DNA of 64,000 bases from an uncultured bacterium (GCA_964593065.1 CAZQGO010000007.1:32708-96707), one strand, 5' to 3'. Positions 8,170 to 18,104 are shown, counted from the stretch's first letter. Made by a program: numbers and translations. The notes: a model not told the origin generated them from the letters alone.

Positions 8170-9258
8170 TTAAGTTCGCTGGGGAAGGAGGCACAGGCAG
8201 TAATGGACGCCGGAGGGTCCGGGGCTTTGCACCTCGATATGTCCGCCCAACTCCTCCAGGACCACTTTGGCGTGGTAGAGCCCGGTCATTCTTTGTTCGG
8301 AGGATTTTCCAAACAGGGGAGCGAACAACTGTTCGCGTTCGGCGCGGCTCAACGGAGCTCCGCTGCAGGACACGCGCACGGCGATTCGATCCGGATCCGG
8401 AACGCGGCAGGTTGTGATGGCCAAATCGCCCCCGCTCGGCACCCGGCGCATGGCCTGCAGCAGCACCTCCAACAAGGCACGGGGCAACTGCTCCCCGTCC
8501 CCGCGCACCCAGGGCAGGTTTTCACCAAAGGCTGTTCGCAGCCGGATGCCCTGGCGCAGGCATTTCCCCCGCACATACGTGCAGACTTCCTCCAGCATCT
8601 GCACGAGATCCATGGACTGGACCGTGATCCGCGGCGGCTGGGCGACCTGCAGTAATTCGCGGATGATATGATCGATCTCGGAAATTTTTTTCAGCATCTG
8701 GTTCAGGGTCTCTTGCGTTTCACCGGGAACCGGAACTTTCCCCTGCAGCAGCTGGGCCTGGGCGTAGAGAATGGACAATGGATTCCGGATTTCATGCGCC
8801 ATGGTCGTCGCCAATTGTCCGATGACCGCCAGCTTTTCGGCCTGCAACAGGCGTTGCCGCGCGTGCAGCAATTCGCTGTTTAAGCGCCGGATGCGCAGCA
8901 TGACCTGAACCTTCGCCAGCAGCTCCTCCTCGTCGAAGGGCTTGACCATGTAGTCGTCCACCCCTTTTTCCAGGCTGCGGATTTTACCCTCGCGGGAATC
9001 CACCGCCGTAACCATGATGACGGGCAGGTACGGCTCGGGGCGTTGTTCGCGGATGCGGGCGCACACGGCCAGGCCCGAAATCGCGTTCAGCCGCTCATCC
9101 AAGATGACCAAATCCGGCTGGCGCTTGAGGATCAGGGTCAGGGCCTGCTCCCCGCTGGCCACGGTCTCGACCGTATGGCCGGCCGCCTGCAAAATAACCC
9201 GATATAACAGCAGAATGTCTTCGTCGTCGTCCACGCAATAAATCAAACCGTTTTCCAT
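8170..9258 (-). CDS. Hybrid response-regulator/histidine kinase (N-terminal REC, then HisKA and HATPase_c; no sensor domain)
   Basis: MENGLIYCVDDDEDILLLY... receiver; H-box MAHEIRNPL; C-terminal ATPase. Start placed at internal Met92 of the track ORF. Confidence 0.8.
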   Translation of the reverse strand: MENGLIYCVDDDEDILLLYRVILQAAGHTVETVASGEQALTLILKRQPDLVILDERLNAISGLAVCARIREQRPEPYLPVIMVTAVDSREGKIRSLEKGVDDYMVKPFDEEELLAKVQVMLRIRRLNSELLHARQRLLQAEKLAVIGQLATTMAHEIRNPLSILYAQAQLLQGKVPVPGETQETLNQMLKKISEIDHIIRELLQVAQPPRITVQSMDLVQMLEEVCTYVRGKCLRQGIRLRTAFGENLPWVRGDGEQLPRALLEVLLQAMRRVPSGGDLAITTCRVPDPDRIAVRVSCSGAPLSRAEREQLFAPLFGKSSEQRMTGLYHAKVVLEELGGHIEVQSPGPSGVHYCLCLLPQRT

Positions 9259-9403
9259 GCCCCGGCCTTCTTTCGCTTTTTCGCCTATGGTAGCCCGCCG
9301 GGTCCGGATAGGCAAGTTTTTCCTGGAGCCCCCAAAAGAGCACTGGCAAATCTCCCGGCCGCCGGGTACAATAACAGCATTCTGCCCCAAAAAGGAGGAC
9401 GAC

Positions 9404-10198
9404 ATGCCGATCCGTTTGAAGGCCTTGGTCCTGTGCGCCGTTGTCTGGAGCCTGCCCGCCGTCCTGCGCGCGGCCGAAGCCCCCGCGCCGCTCCCGTCCG
9501 CGGTACCGTCCGCCGGGGCCGATACCGTCACGGCCGAATGGCTGGCGCAGGCCGACCGCCATTACGCCGGGCGCGCAGACTTGGCGGAAGTGCGGACGGC
9601 CCAGCAACTCCTGACGGAAGCCGTGGCCGTGAATCCCGAGAATTTCGACGCCTGGTGGCGTCTGGCCCGCTGCGATTGGTGGCTGGGAGACCACGTGCCC
9701 AAGGCGGAACGGGCCGCCTGGTTCGAAAAGGGTCAAGTCGCCGCCGAGCAGGCAATCCGCCTGCGTCCCGACCGGGTGGAAGGCCATTACTGGCAGGGCG
9801 TCAACCTGGGCCGCCTGGGCGAGGAACGCGGCATTTTCAACAGCCTCTTCATGGTGGACCCCATCGCCAAGGCCATGGAAGCCACCCTGGAGATCGATCC
9901 CCAACACGCCAAGGCCCTGTATGTCTTGAGCGCCTTGTACCGCAAAGCCCCGGGGTGGCCCCTGTCGCGCGGCGACATGCAGAAATCCCTGGCCTATGCC
10001 CGGCAAGCCGTGGAAAACGGGCCGGAGTTCGTCATCACGCACGTGGGTTTGGCGGAAACACTCATGGCCTTGAATCAAAAAGAAGAGGCGAAGCGCGAAC
10101 TGGAACTCGCGCTGGAACTCCCGGGACCGGCGGATGAACAGCCGGAAACGGCCGAGGATAAGAAAACCGCCGAGGACCTGCTGTCCAAGCTCAAATAG
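9404..10198 (+). CDS. Secreted TPR-repeat protein
   Basis: Signal peptide MPIRLKALVLCAVVWSLPAVLRAAEA, then TPR-like helices. GGAGG RBS; TACAAT -10 at 9367-9372. Confidence 0.6.
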   Translation: MPIRLKALVLCAVVWSLPAVLRAAEAPAPLPSAVPSAGADTVTAEWLAQADRHYAGRADLAEVRTAQQLLTEAVAVNPENFDAWWRLARCDWWLGDHVPKAERAAWFEKGQVAAEQAIRLRPDRVEGHYWQGVNLGRLGEERGIFNSLFMVDPIAKAMEATLEIDPQHAKALYVLSALYRKAPGWPLSRGDMQKSLAYARQAVENGPEFVITHVGLAETLMALNQKEEAKRELELALELPGPADEQPETAEDKKTAEDLLSKLK

Positions 10199-10406
10199 CC
10201 CCCGCCGGCAGCCGGGCTTTTTGAACGCACGCGGGGCCCGGTGTTTCGCGGGACCGTGCCTGCATTCCAGAACCGGCCTGCGTGTTCCCGGCCCGGCCTT
10301 CCCTCCCGCGAGACAACCCACCCATCGGTCCGAGCCGACCGGGTTGACAGGATAGGATGTCTGCACTAGAATTCATTTCGTCTTGCCTGCGAAAGGAAAC
10401 CGGCTT

Positions 10407-12200
10407 ATGTTGTTGTCCTCCAATCGCCGCCGCAGCCGGCAGCATCAAAAACACCGCCTGGTAACCGCCGCGCTCGTGGCGTTCGTGCTCCTGTGCGCGG
10501 CTGCCTACTTGTACGGCGGCCAATTGCGCATCCACCTGATGATGAACCGGGGCCGGGCTTATCTCCAGCAGGGGAACCTGGACCAAGCGCTGACGGAATT
10601 CAACCGGGTGCTCCAGCTCCAGGCCAACCAGGCCCAGGCCGTCGACGGGATCGGCCTGGTCTACCTGATGCAGGGGGATCCGGTGCGGGCCGAAATCAAA
10701 TACGAGCAGGCCATCAAGCTCGGCCTGCGCTTCAACCGGCGGTTCCAACACACCAAAATCGGCGAAACCTACCTGGCCCGCGGCCTGTACCCCCAGGCCG
10801 AACTGGAATTCAGGCACGCCCTGGCCCTTTCTCCCCGCGATGCGCAGGCTCATCTCGGCCATGGACTGGCCCTGCACGCGCTCGGGAGGGTCGCCGAGGC
10901 CATCGACGCCTACCGCACCAGCCTGTCTTTGGATTCCGATCTGAAACTCGCCCAAGCCCAACTGAACCGGGCCCGCCAGGAACTGGAGCGCGGCTTCCTG
11001 TACTATATCTTCGACCGCCGGCAAGTTCCTCTGGCGCGCTACGCGCTGGCGCAATATTCCGGCCGGCGCTACTACTCCCTCGCCCAATACGCGGCGCATC
11101 TCATCGGCTACGTGAGCGCCTCGCACGGCAGTGCGGGCCTGGAACGCTCCTTGGCTTCGTACCTGCCCGGCAACACCGTGACGCTGACCATCGACGCCGA
11201 CTGGCAGCACGCGGCGGACCGTGCCCTGGGCTGGCGCAAAGGCTCACTGGTCGCGCTCAATCCCCAGACGGGCGAGATTCTGGCCTTGGTGAACCATCCC
11301 TCCTTCAATCCCAACCGCGTGGACGAGGACTGGAAAAAAATCACCCACAACAAGAACCTGCCGCTGCAGAACAAAGCGACCCAGGGCCTCTATCTTCCGG
11401 GTTCGATCTTCAAACTCATCACGGCTGCGGCCGCTTTGGACAGCAAGATCGATTATAACCGCATTTTCCCCGTCACCTGCACCGGGGCCGTGCGTTACGG
11501 CGAGCACACATTCTGGTGCTGGAAACGGCACGGGCAGGTGGATTCCCTGCAAGCCGCACTGGACACCTCCTGCAATATCGCCATGGCCGAACTGGGGTTC
11601 GCCCTGGGTCCGGTCCGCCTGTACGAATACTCCAACAAGTTCGGGTTCGGCAGCCCCATCCGCTTCCCCTTCAAGTCCAGCCTGATCGGCTGGTCCTATC
11701 CCGTGGCCACCTCCACCTCCCCCATGGTCGGCGACAGTCGCTACGAATTGGCCCGTTACGCCTGCGGGCTGGGCGAGGGCACGGCCATCACGCCCCTGCA
11801 TGCCGCCATGCTGGCCGCCACCATCGCCAACCAGGGCCGCATGATGGCGCCGTTTTTCATCAAGGAAATTAAAAATATCCGCGGCGACGTGCTCGCCACG
11901 GGCAATCCCACCTTGCTGCGTACGCCCATCACGCCGGCCGTCGCCGAAGAGATCAAGGCCTTCATGGTGGATACGGTCCGGCACGGCATCGGCAGCCAGG
12001 CGCGCGTGGAGGGCATCACCGTCGCGGGCAAAACCGGAACCACCGGAGATTCCCGGCAGGGACTCAACGGTTGGTTCATCTGTTTCGCGCCGGCCGAGCA
12101 CCCGACCGTGGCCGTTGCGATTTTCACCCTCAAGGAAGGCACCGGCATGGACGTCGCCACGCCCATTGCCCGGCTGTTCCTGCAGGATATCCTGAAATAA
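10407..12200 (+). CDS. Penicillin-binding protein transpeptidase domain fused to an N-terminal TM helix and TPR repeats (atypical class-B-like PBP lacking the pedestal/dimerisation domain)
   Basis: SIFK (SxxK), SCN (SxN), KTGT (KTG) motifs. N-terminal ~200 aa are TPR (YLQQGNLDQALTEF..., YEQAIKLG...). Confidence 0.75.
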   Translation: MLLSSNRRRSRQHQKHRLVTAALVAFVLLCAAAYLYGGQLRIHLMMNRGRAYLQQGNLDQALTEFNRVLQLQANQAQAVDGIGLVYLMQGDPVRAEIKYEQAIKLGLRFNRRFQHTKIGETYLARGLYPQAELEFRHALALSPRDAQAHLGHGLALHALGRVAEAIDAYRTSLSLDSDLKLAQAQLNRARQELERGFLYYIFDRRQVPLARYALAQYSGRRYYSLAQYAAHLIGYVSASHGSAGLERSLASYLPGNTVTLTIDADWQHAADRALGWRKGSLVALNPQTGEILALVNHPSFNPNRVDEDWKKITHNKNLPLQNKATQGLYLPGSIFKLITAAAALDSKIDYNRIFPVTCTGAVRYGEHTFWCWKRHGQVDSLQAALDTSCNIAMAELGFALGPVRLYEYSNKFGFGSPIRFPFKSSLIGWSYPVATSTSPMVGDSRYELARYACGLGEGTAITPLHAAMLAATIANQGRMMAPFFIKEIKNIRGDVLATGNPTLLRTPITPAVAEEIKAFMVDTVRHGIGSQARVEGITVAGKTGTTGDSRQGLNGWFICFAPAEHPTVAVAIFTLKEGTGMDVATPIARLFLQDILK

Positions 12201-12242
12201 GCCCGATCCCGCCGCCTCCGCTCGCGCGGACCGGCCCCGTGT

Positions 12243-12812
12243 TCACCCCCCCAGGGGAAAAGTGCGCAACAACGTATAGCGGGCTCCCGCGGGCTGAAGG
12301 TCCGAACGCATGACGCATAGCCCGGCGGCCGGCTGGGTATACGCCGGGAGCGAGCCCAAATCCACCTGTAGCAGTCGGGGATGAAGGCGGGTTCCGGGCC
12401 GGACGCGGCCCAGGGTCAGATGAGGGAAAAAGGGGCGTGCCTCCAGAGAAAATTCGCGGCGGCCGAGTTCCGCCGCCAATGCCGTTTGGAGCTCGCCCAT
12501 GGCCGGCTGGCCGCGGCTCAGTCCCAGCCAGATCACGCGGGCGGCGCCGTGGGGTGGAAAGGTACCCAGGCTTCCCAGTTGAAACGGGAAGTTTTCCACG
12601 CTCCGGCTGGCGGCCCCGCAGGCCGCATAGACCGCCTCGAACCGTTCCTCGGCCACGGGCCCGAGGAAGGCCAGGGTAAAATGCACGTTTCCGGGCGTGC
12701 ACCACTTGACGCCCCGGGGTTGCAGAGCCCGCAAGCGGTCCAGCAGGCGGCTGATTTCGGCTTGGCCGCCGGCAGCCAGGGTGATGGCAATGAAAGCACG
12801 GATGTTCGGCAT
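12243..12812 (-). CDS. thpR: RNA 2',3'-cyclic phosphodiesterase ThpR/LigT (2H phosphoesterase)
   Basis: Two H-x-T-x motifs: HFTLAFLG and HLTLGR. Confidence 0.7.
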   Translation of the reverse strand: MPNIRAFIAITLAAGGQAEISRLLDRLRALQPRGVKWCTPGNVHFTLAFLGPVAEERFEAVYAACGAASRSVENFPFQLGSLGTFPPHGAARVIWLGLSRGQPAMGELQTALAAELGRREFSLEARPFFPHLTLGRVRPGTRLHPRLLQVDLGSLPAYTQPAAGLCVMRSDLQPAGARYTLLRTFPLGG

Positions 12813-12853
12813 GTTCCGCATCCCCCGCCGGCCTGCGGCCGGCCGGGGAGCCG

Positions 12854-13279
12854 TCAATTGTTTTCGCCCGGCCGGTTGCCCGGGGGCGGTTCCTCCTCCG
12901 GCTCCTGCTCGGGTACGGACGACTCCGCCTCGGTTCCGGCCGGCGTTCCCGCTTCCGCGGCGGGTTCATCTTTCCGGTCCGCGGCGCGCGTTTCCTGCTC
13001 CTGCTCGTAGACGAAGTTCATCTGCAGATTCAGCACGCTTTGTTCGAGCAGGCGGCGCTCGGCTTCGTTCAAGTTGCCCTCCGTCTTGGCTTTGAGCATG
13101 CGCAGCAGGTCGATGGTTCCCCGGGCCTGGGCCACGTCACGCTCCGTATTTCCGGTTACCGGGTTGACGATCTTGCCCAGCTGCACCATGGCGGCTTCGT
13201 TGAGCGACAGGATCATCTGATTGAACAAGGCTTCGAATAATCGCTGGTCTTCCCTTTCACTCATGGGACCCCTCCGCAA
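12854..13279 (-). CDS. DUF1844 family protein
   Basis: LFNQMILSLNEAAMVQLG...TIDLLRMLKAKTEGNLNEAERRLL...LQMNFV signature; acidic C-terminal tail. Confidence 0.6.
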   Translation of the reverse strand: MRRGPMSEREDQRLFEALFNQMILSLNEAAMVQLGKIVNPVTGNTERDVAQARGTIDLLRMLKAKTEGNLNEAERRLLEQSVLNLQMNFVYEQEQETRAADRKDEPAAEAGTPAGTEAESSVPEQEPEEEPPPGNRPGENN

Positions 13280-13306
13280 TCGTATGAAATTTGCCGACCC
13301 AGAATC

Positions 13307-14608
13307 TTATGCCCGGGCGGGGCGGCGCGTCAATTGTCTTCTGAGCAGGTCCAGGGCCGAGGCCGCCGCACGCCGCTGCACCGTCTCGCGGTCTTCCGCC
13401 CACAGGCGCAGGCTGACGCTGCGCTTCACGCCCGGCCCGCTCACGCCGAGATGCACCGTCCCGACGGGCTTGGTCCGCGTTCCTCCGCCCGGACCGGCGA
13501 TGCCGGTGACGGCCAGCCCCCAGTCGGCGCCGCTGGCGCGCCGTATGCCGGCGGCCATGGCCTCCGCCGTTTCAGGACTCACCGCGCCGTGACGCCGCAA
13601 CAGGCCGGCGGCGACGCCGAGCCGGGCGATCTTGGCCGCGTTGCTGTACGCCACGGCGCCCTCCAAAAAATACCGCGAACTTCCCGGAACCGATGTGACG
13701 CGGCGGCAGACCAGGCCGCCGCTGCAGGACTCGGCCACGGCCAGCGTTTGCCGGAGGGCCAGGAGGCGCCGGCCGACGGCCGCCGGAAGCGAGACCTCCG
13801 CGCGCCCCACGCAATTTTCGCCGAGCAGTCGTTTGATCCGGCGGCCGCCGCGACGCAGCCTGGCCCGGGCTTCTCCCGCCGGCAGACCCCGGACGGTCAG
13901 GATAACCAGGATTTCTCCGGGTTCATCCAGCAGAAATCCGAGCTCCGGTTGGTCCGCGCCGGAAAATTCTGGACCCAGCCGTTCCTGGAGACCTGCCTCG
14001 GGAAGCCCACAACACCGCCATTGTCCGCGATAGACCGCAGGCCCCCGGGTCGCGAACATCCGCCGCAACCGGGGGAGGAGCTGCCGGCGCAGCATGGGCA
14101 GGCACTCCCGCGGCGGACCCGGTAATGCAGCCAGAATCTTCCGGCCTCCGGCCCGAAGGAAAAAACCCGGGGCCGTGCCCCGGGTATTCGCCAGCAGTTC
14201 CGCCCCCCGGGGGATCCAGGCTTGGCGGCGGTTGCTGTCCGGAATCCGTCGGCGCATGCGCCGCAACCGTCTTTGGATCGCGCGCCAGGCGGCCGGCTTG
14301 AACCTCAGGGAACGATGCAGCGCCAGGGCCGCGGCCGCGCGCGTCACATCGTCCTGCGTGGGTCCCAACCCGCCCGTGAGGACTACGACGTCGTGCTCCT
14401 GCAGCAGGCGGCGCAAATTGCCGGCCAAGCGACGGACGTCGTCCGGCTGCACGAGCCGGATCCTGGTCTCGAGCCCGGCCGCTTCCAGTTCGCCCGCAAC
14501 AGCCGGGCCGTTGCTGTCCGCCCGGCCGCTGATCAATTCATCGCCCACGGCCACCACGGCGGCGTCCGGCCGGCGACCAGTGCGCCGCGCAGTCGCCTTT
14601 TTACGCAT
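13307..14608 (-). CDS. cinA: CinA family protein (MoCF-biosynthesis domain + CinA C-terminal deamidase domain)
   Basis: VVAVGDELISG...VVLTGGLGPTQDDVT N-domain; TLAVAESCSGG...VTGIAGP C-domain. Confidence 0.8.
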   Translation of the reverse strand: MRKKATARRTGRRPDAAVVAVGDELISGRADSNGPAVAGELEAAGLETRIRLVQPDDVRRLAGNLRRLLQEHDVVVLTGGLGPTQDDVTRAAAALALHRSLRFKPAAWRAIQRRLRRMRRRIPDSNRRQAWIPRGAELLANTRGTAPGFFLRAGGRKILAALPGPPRECLPMLRRQLLPRLRRMFATRGPAVYRGQWRCCGLPEAGLQERLGPEFSGADQPELGFLLDEPGEILVILTVRGLPAGEARARLRRGGRRIKRLLGENCVGRAEVSLPAAVGRRLLALRQTLAVAESCSGGLVCRRVTSVPGSSRYFLEGAVAYSNAAKIARLGVAAGLLRRHGAVSPETAEAMAAGIRRASGADWGLAVTGIAGPGGGTRTKPVGTVHLGVSGPGVKRSVSLRLWAEDRETVQRRAAASALDLLRRQLTRRPARA

Positions 14609-14652
14609 CGCTCCCTGCTTCCCGGTCCCTTGCCCGTGCCGTCAACCGGACG

Positions 14653-15507
14653 TTACCGGTTGGCACGCTCGACTCTTTCCACAATGGGTTTCAGGAAGTT
14701 GAGAAAATCCATCGGAATGACGTATTTGGTCGCTGCGCCCTCGCCGAGATTCTTCAAGGCCTCCAAATACTGCAGGCTGATGGTTTTGTCGTCCACCTGC
14801 TTGGCCGCGGCGAAGATGGTCTCCAAGGCCTTGGCGTAGCCCTCGGCCTGGAGCATCTGGGCCTGCCGCTCCCCCTCGGCGGCCAGAATCTTGGATTGCC
14901 GGTCGCCTTCGGCCACGGTGATGGCAAACTGCTTCTTGCCATCCGCTTCCAGGACCAGGGCCCGCCGGGTGCGCTCCGCGGCCATCTGTTTGTTCATGGC
15001 GTCCTGCACGTCGCGGGGCGGCTCGATCTCGCGGATTTCCACGGAGGTCACCTTCACGCCCCAGCGTTCGGTCACCTCGTCGAGTTTGGCCCGCAGCCCC
15101 TGGTTGATTTCCTCGCGCTTGGCCAGAACATCGTCCAAGGGGATGTCGCCGACCACGGCCCGCAGGGTGGTCATGGCGATTCCCTGGGCCGCGCCGGAAA
15201 AGTTCCGCACCTGGACCACGGAATTCACGGGGTTGGTCACCTTCAAATAGATCAGGAAATCGATGGCGATGGGCGCATTGTCGCGGGTAATGCAGGTCTG
15301 GGAGGGAATCTCGAGGAAAATTTCCCTCAAGTCCACCCAAGTCACGCGGTCGATGATCGGAATGATGAAGACCAGGCCGGGTCCGCGCTGCCCCTGGCAG
15401 GCTCCCAGGCGGAACAGAACCAGCCGCTGATATTCCGGCACCACCTTGATGGCCATCATAGCAATGATCACGGCAAGAATCACCACGCCTACAAACGCTC
15501 CGGTCAT
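14653..15507 (-). CDS. SPFH/band-7 (stomatin/prohibitin-like) membrane protein
   Basis: TM helix then VPEYQRLVLFRLG...RDNAPIAIDFLIYLKV... ATGA start/stop overlap with the upstream NfeD gene. Confidence 0.85.
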   Translation of the reverse strand: MTGAFVGVVILAVIIAMMAIKVVPEYQRLVLFRLGACQGQRGPGLVFIIPIIDRVTWVDLREIFLEIPSQTCITRDNAPIAIDFLIYLKVTNPVNSVVQVRNFSGAAQGIAMTTLRAVVGDIPLDDVLAKREEINQGLRAKLDEVTERWGVKVTSVEIREIEPPRDVQDAMNKQMAAERTRRALVLEADGKKQFAITVAEGDRQSKILAAEGERQAQMLQAEGYAKALETIFAAAKQVDDKTISLQYLEALKNLGEGAATKYVIPMDFLNFLKPIVERVERANR

Positions 15508-16838
15508 TTCCGTCCTCCTTGGTTTTCCGGGAATGCGGCCGGCCTCCCGGCACCCGCACCCTTGATTTGAAGCCGCAAACCTTCCACGGCCACGACTTCC
15601 ACCCGGTCCCCCACGGCCAGGCCCGAGACTTCGGGCGTCGCCAGCCAGTCGTCGCCCTCCACGTGCACCAGGACGCCATCGGGCGTTATGGCCTTGACCG
15701 TGCCGGTCCTGCCCACCAGGCTTTCCACGCCGGACACGGCCCGCCGCCGGCGCTGCCGGAAAATAACCCACAGCACCAAAGCCACGTAGGCCGCGGAAAC
15801 CGACAGCATGCCCGCCAGCACCGGCCAGGCCACGCGGAAAGCCGGAAGCGGCGAGGGAAACATCATGAAGGAACCCAGAACCAAGGCCAGCAGACCTCCG
15901 GCGGCCAGGATCCCGTGGCTGACCACGACCCACTCCAGGCCCAGCAGCACCGCCCCCAGCGCCAGCAACAGGATGCCCGCCAGGGAAATAGGCAGGCTGT
16001 CGAAGCCCAGCAGCGCGAGGATGATGGCAATGGCGCCGACCACGCCCGGCAGAATGGCGCCGGGCGACATGAGCTCGTAGATCAGGCCATAGATGCCGAG
16101 CAGAAAGAGAATATAGCTTAAATTGGGATCGGCCAGGGCGTGCAGGAATTTTGCGGGCCAGCGCATGGGCAGGGTTTCGAGCCGCTCCCCGCGCACGTGC
16201 AGGACCCGGTCGCCCGCGGCGGTGTGCACGGTCCGGCCGTCAAGCCTGTCCAGCAGTTCGTCCAGGTTGGAGCAGACGACGTCGGCCACGCCCAGGCGCA
16301 AGGCGGCCTGCGCCTCCACCGAGGCGCTGGCGACCACGGCCTGCCGGGCCCAGGCCACGGGGCGGCCGCGCAGCCTGGCCAGGCTTTCCAGATAGGCGGC
16401 CGCGTCGTTGGTGATTTTCTCTGCGGCGCTTTTCCCCTGCAGGTCGACGGGGTGGGCGGCTCCGAGGTTGGTCCCCGGCGCCAAGGCCAGGAGGTTGGCC
16501 GCAAAGGCGATGAAGGTTCCGGCGGATGCCGCGCGGGCCCCCGCGGGCGAGACGTACACCGCCACGGGCACGCGGGCGGCGAGCAGCCTCTGGGTGATGC
16601 GGCGCATGGAAGTGTCCAGGCCTCCGGGCGTGTCCAGGGTCAGGACCACCAGCTCGGCGTTTTGTTCCTCGGCCGCCGTCAGACCGCGGTCAATGTACTG
16701 GGCGGTGACGGAATCAATGATGCCCCGGACTTCCAGGCGCACCACGGGCCCGGCAGCGCCGGCGGCCGCGAGCCACGCGGCTCCGGCCATGCCGAGGATC
16801 AGCAGACCGACACCCCAACCCCTGCGTGCCCAGGACAT
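15504..16838 (-). CDS. NfeD family membrane-bound serine protease (SPFH partner)
   Basis: ClpP-like N-domain, multi-TM middle, C-terminal OB fold (GTVKAITPDGVLVHVEGDDWLA). Confidence 0.8.
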   Translation of the reverse strand: MSWARRGWGVGLLILGMAGAAWLAAAGAAGPVVRLEVRGIIDSVTAQYIDRGLTAAEEQNAELVVLTLDTPGGLDTSMRRITQRLLAARVPVAVYVSPAGARAASAGTFIAFAANLLALAPGTNLGAAHPVDLQGKSAAEKITNDAAAYLESLARLRGRPVAWARQAVVASASVEAQAALRLGVADVVCSNLDELLDRLDGRTVHTAAGDRVLHVRGERLETLPMRWPAKFLHALADPNLSYILFLLGIYGLIYELMSPGAILPGVVGAIAIILALLGFDSLPISLAGILLLALGAVLLGLEWVVVSHGILAAGGLLALVLGSFMMFPSPLPAFRVAWPVLAGMLSVSAAYVALVLWVIFRQRRRRAVSGVESLVGRTGTVKAITPDGVLVHVEGDDWLATPEVSGLAVGDRVEVVAVEGLRLQIKGAGAGRPAAFPENQGGRK

Positions 16839-16925
16839 TTCGGCTTCTCCTTCCGACGTCCGCCGCGGCCGGGCGCCGCGGCGAGTCTATTATCATAACA
16901 CGTGCGCGGCCGTATGCAAGTCCGC

Positions 16926-18104
16926 TCAGCGTGCGGCGGTCGCACCGGCCGGCACCAATTCGATCACGGTGATTTCCGGCGGAGCCAGGAAACGGATGGG
17001 CGGTCCCCAGGTGCCGCTCCCCCGGCTCACGTAAACCGCCGACCCGCGGTCCAGGGACTTGAATCCGCTGCCGAGTGGATAGGCCAGCCGGGTAAAAAAG
17101 CCGAAGGGAAAAATCTGCCCGCCGTGCGTGTGTCCGGACAGCTGAAGATCGAACTCTCCCAACGCGGCCGGGTCAATCCGCGGCTGGTGTTTGAGCAGCA
17201 GGCGGAATTCTCCGGGCGGCAGGGGCCCGAGCACTTCCGTCTCCGGCACGTCACGGCCCGGTTCGAAATACTTCACGGCCGGGTCGTCCACGCCCGCGAT
17301 CCGCAGGACACCGGGCACCTCCCGGGCCTCGCCCCGCAACACGGTAAAGCCCATGCGCCGCGTAAACTCCAGGGCTTGCGGCAAGCCGGCGTAAAATTCA
17401 TGGTTGCCGGTCACCGCGAATTTTCCAAAACGCGGCTGGATTTCCCGCAGACACTGCAGCAGGCAGCCGATATCGTCCAACTCGCCGTCCACCAAGTCCC
17501 CGGTGGAAACCAGCAGGTCCGGTTGGGCCTCCCGGACGCGGGCCGCGATGCGGTTCAAGCGGGCCGTGCGCACGATCAAGCCCAGGTGGACGTCCGAAAT
17601 CTGCACCACGGTCACGGGACCCACGGCCGGCGGGATTTTGGCGCTCACCACTTTCAGCCTGCTCGTCCGGATGTTCCAGGCTTCCCAGTGACCGTAGAGG
17701 GTGACGGCCACGGCCAGGCCCAAGGCCAGCCACAGAGCCTGCCGGTCGCCCAGGCGGAATGCCGCCGGCAGGGACGCCGTGCGGTCCACGAGCGCCAGCA
17801 GTCCGCGATAACCGCCGAGGACAAGGTAAGCGGCCAAGCCGAGGAACAGAATGCCCATCCAGACGTATCCGGCATACGCCAGCACGCGGGCCAGCAATTC
17901 CCATTGCAGCCGTTCGGCCACCCGCTCGAGGATGGGCGCCAAGGCCATGAGCGTTAAAAATACCGCGAGGCCGGCCAGGCACCGCGGCCCCGGGTTCCAG
18001 GAGACCTTGATCCGCCAAAACACAAAGACATGTGCGCCGCCGTAAATGATTAAAAATACCGCCAGAAACGCCGCGAAGCCCATGATCTGGGTGACCTTGG
18101 ACAT
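16926..18104 (-). CDS. Membrane-anchored metallophosphoesterase (calcineurin-like)
   Basis: N-terminal TM helices; DVHLG, GDLVDG, GNHEF, GHTHGGQ motifs. Confidence 0.7.
   Translation of the reverse strand: MSKVTQIMGFAAFLAVFLIIYGGAHVFVFWRIKVSWNPGPRCLAGLAVFLTLMALAPILERVAERLQWELLARVLAYAGYVWMGILFLGLAAYLVLGGYRGLLALVDRTASLPAAFRLGDRQALWLALGLAVAVTLYGHWEAWNIRTSRLKVVSAKIPPAVGPVTVVQISDVHLGLIVRTARLNRIAARVREAQPDLLVSTGDLVDGELDDIGCLLQCLREIQPRFGKFAVTGNHEFYAGLPQALEFTRRMGFTVLRGEAREVPGVLRIAGVDDPAVKYFEPGRDVPETEVLGPLPPGEFRLLLKHQPRIDPAALGEFDLQLSGHTHGGQIFPFGFFTRLAYPLGSGFKSLDRGSAVYVSRGSGTWGPPIRFLAPPEITVIELVPAGATAAR

Noticed and set aside
9095-10366. 423-aa minus ORF and 234-aa plus ORF across the TPR lipoprotein gene
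   Set aside because: Antisense or alternative-frame to a gene with a clear signal peptide and TPR repeats. Arg/Gly-rich composition typical of GC-rich noise.
11244-12101. 285-aa and 136-aa minus ORFs inside the PBP gene
   Set aside because: Antisense to the transpeptidase domain carrying SxxK/SxN/KTG. No domains of their own.
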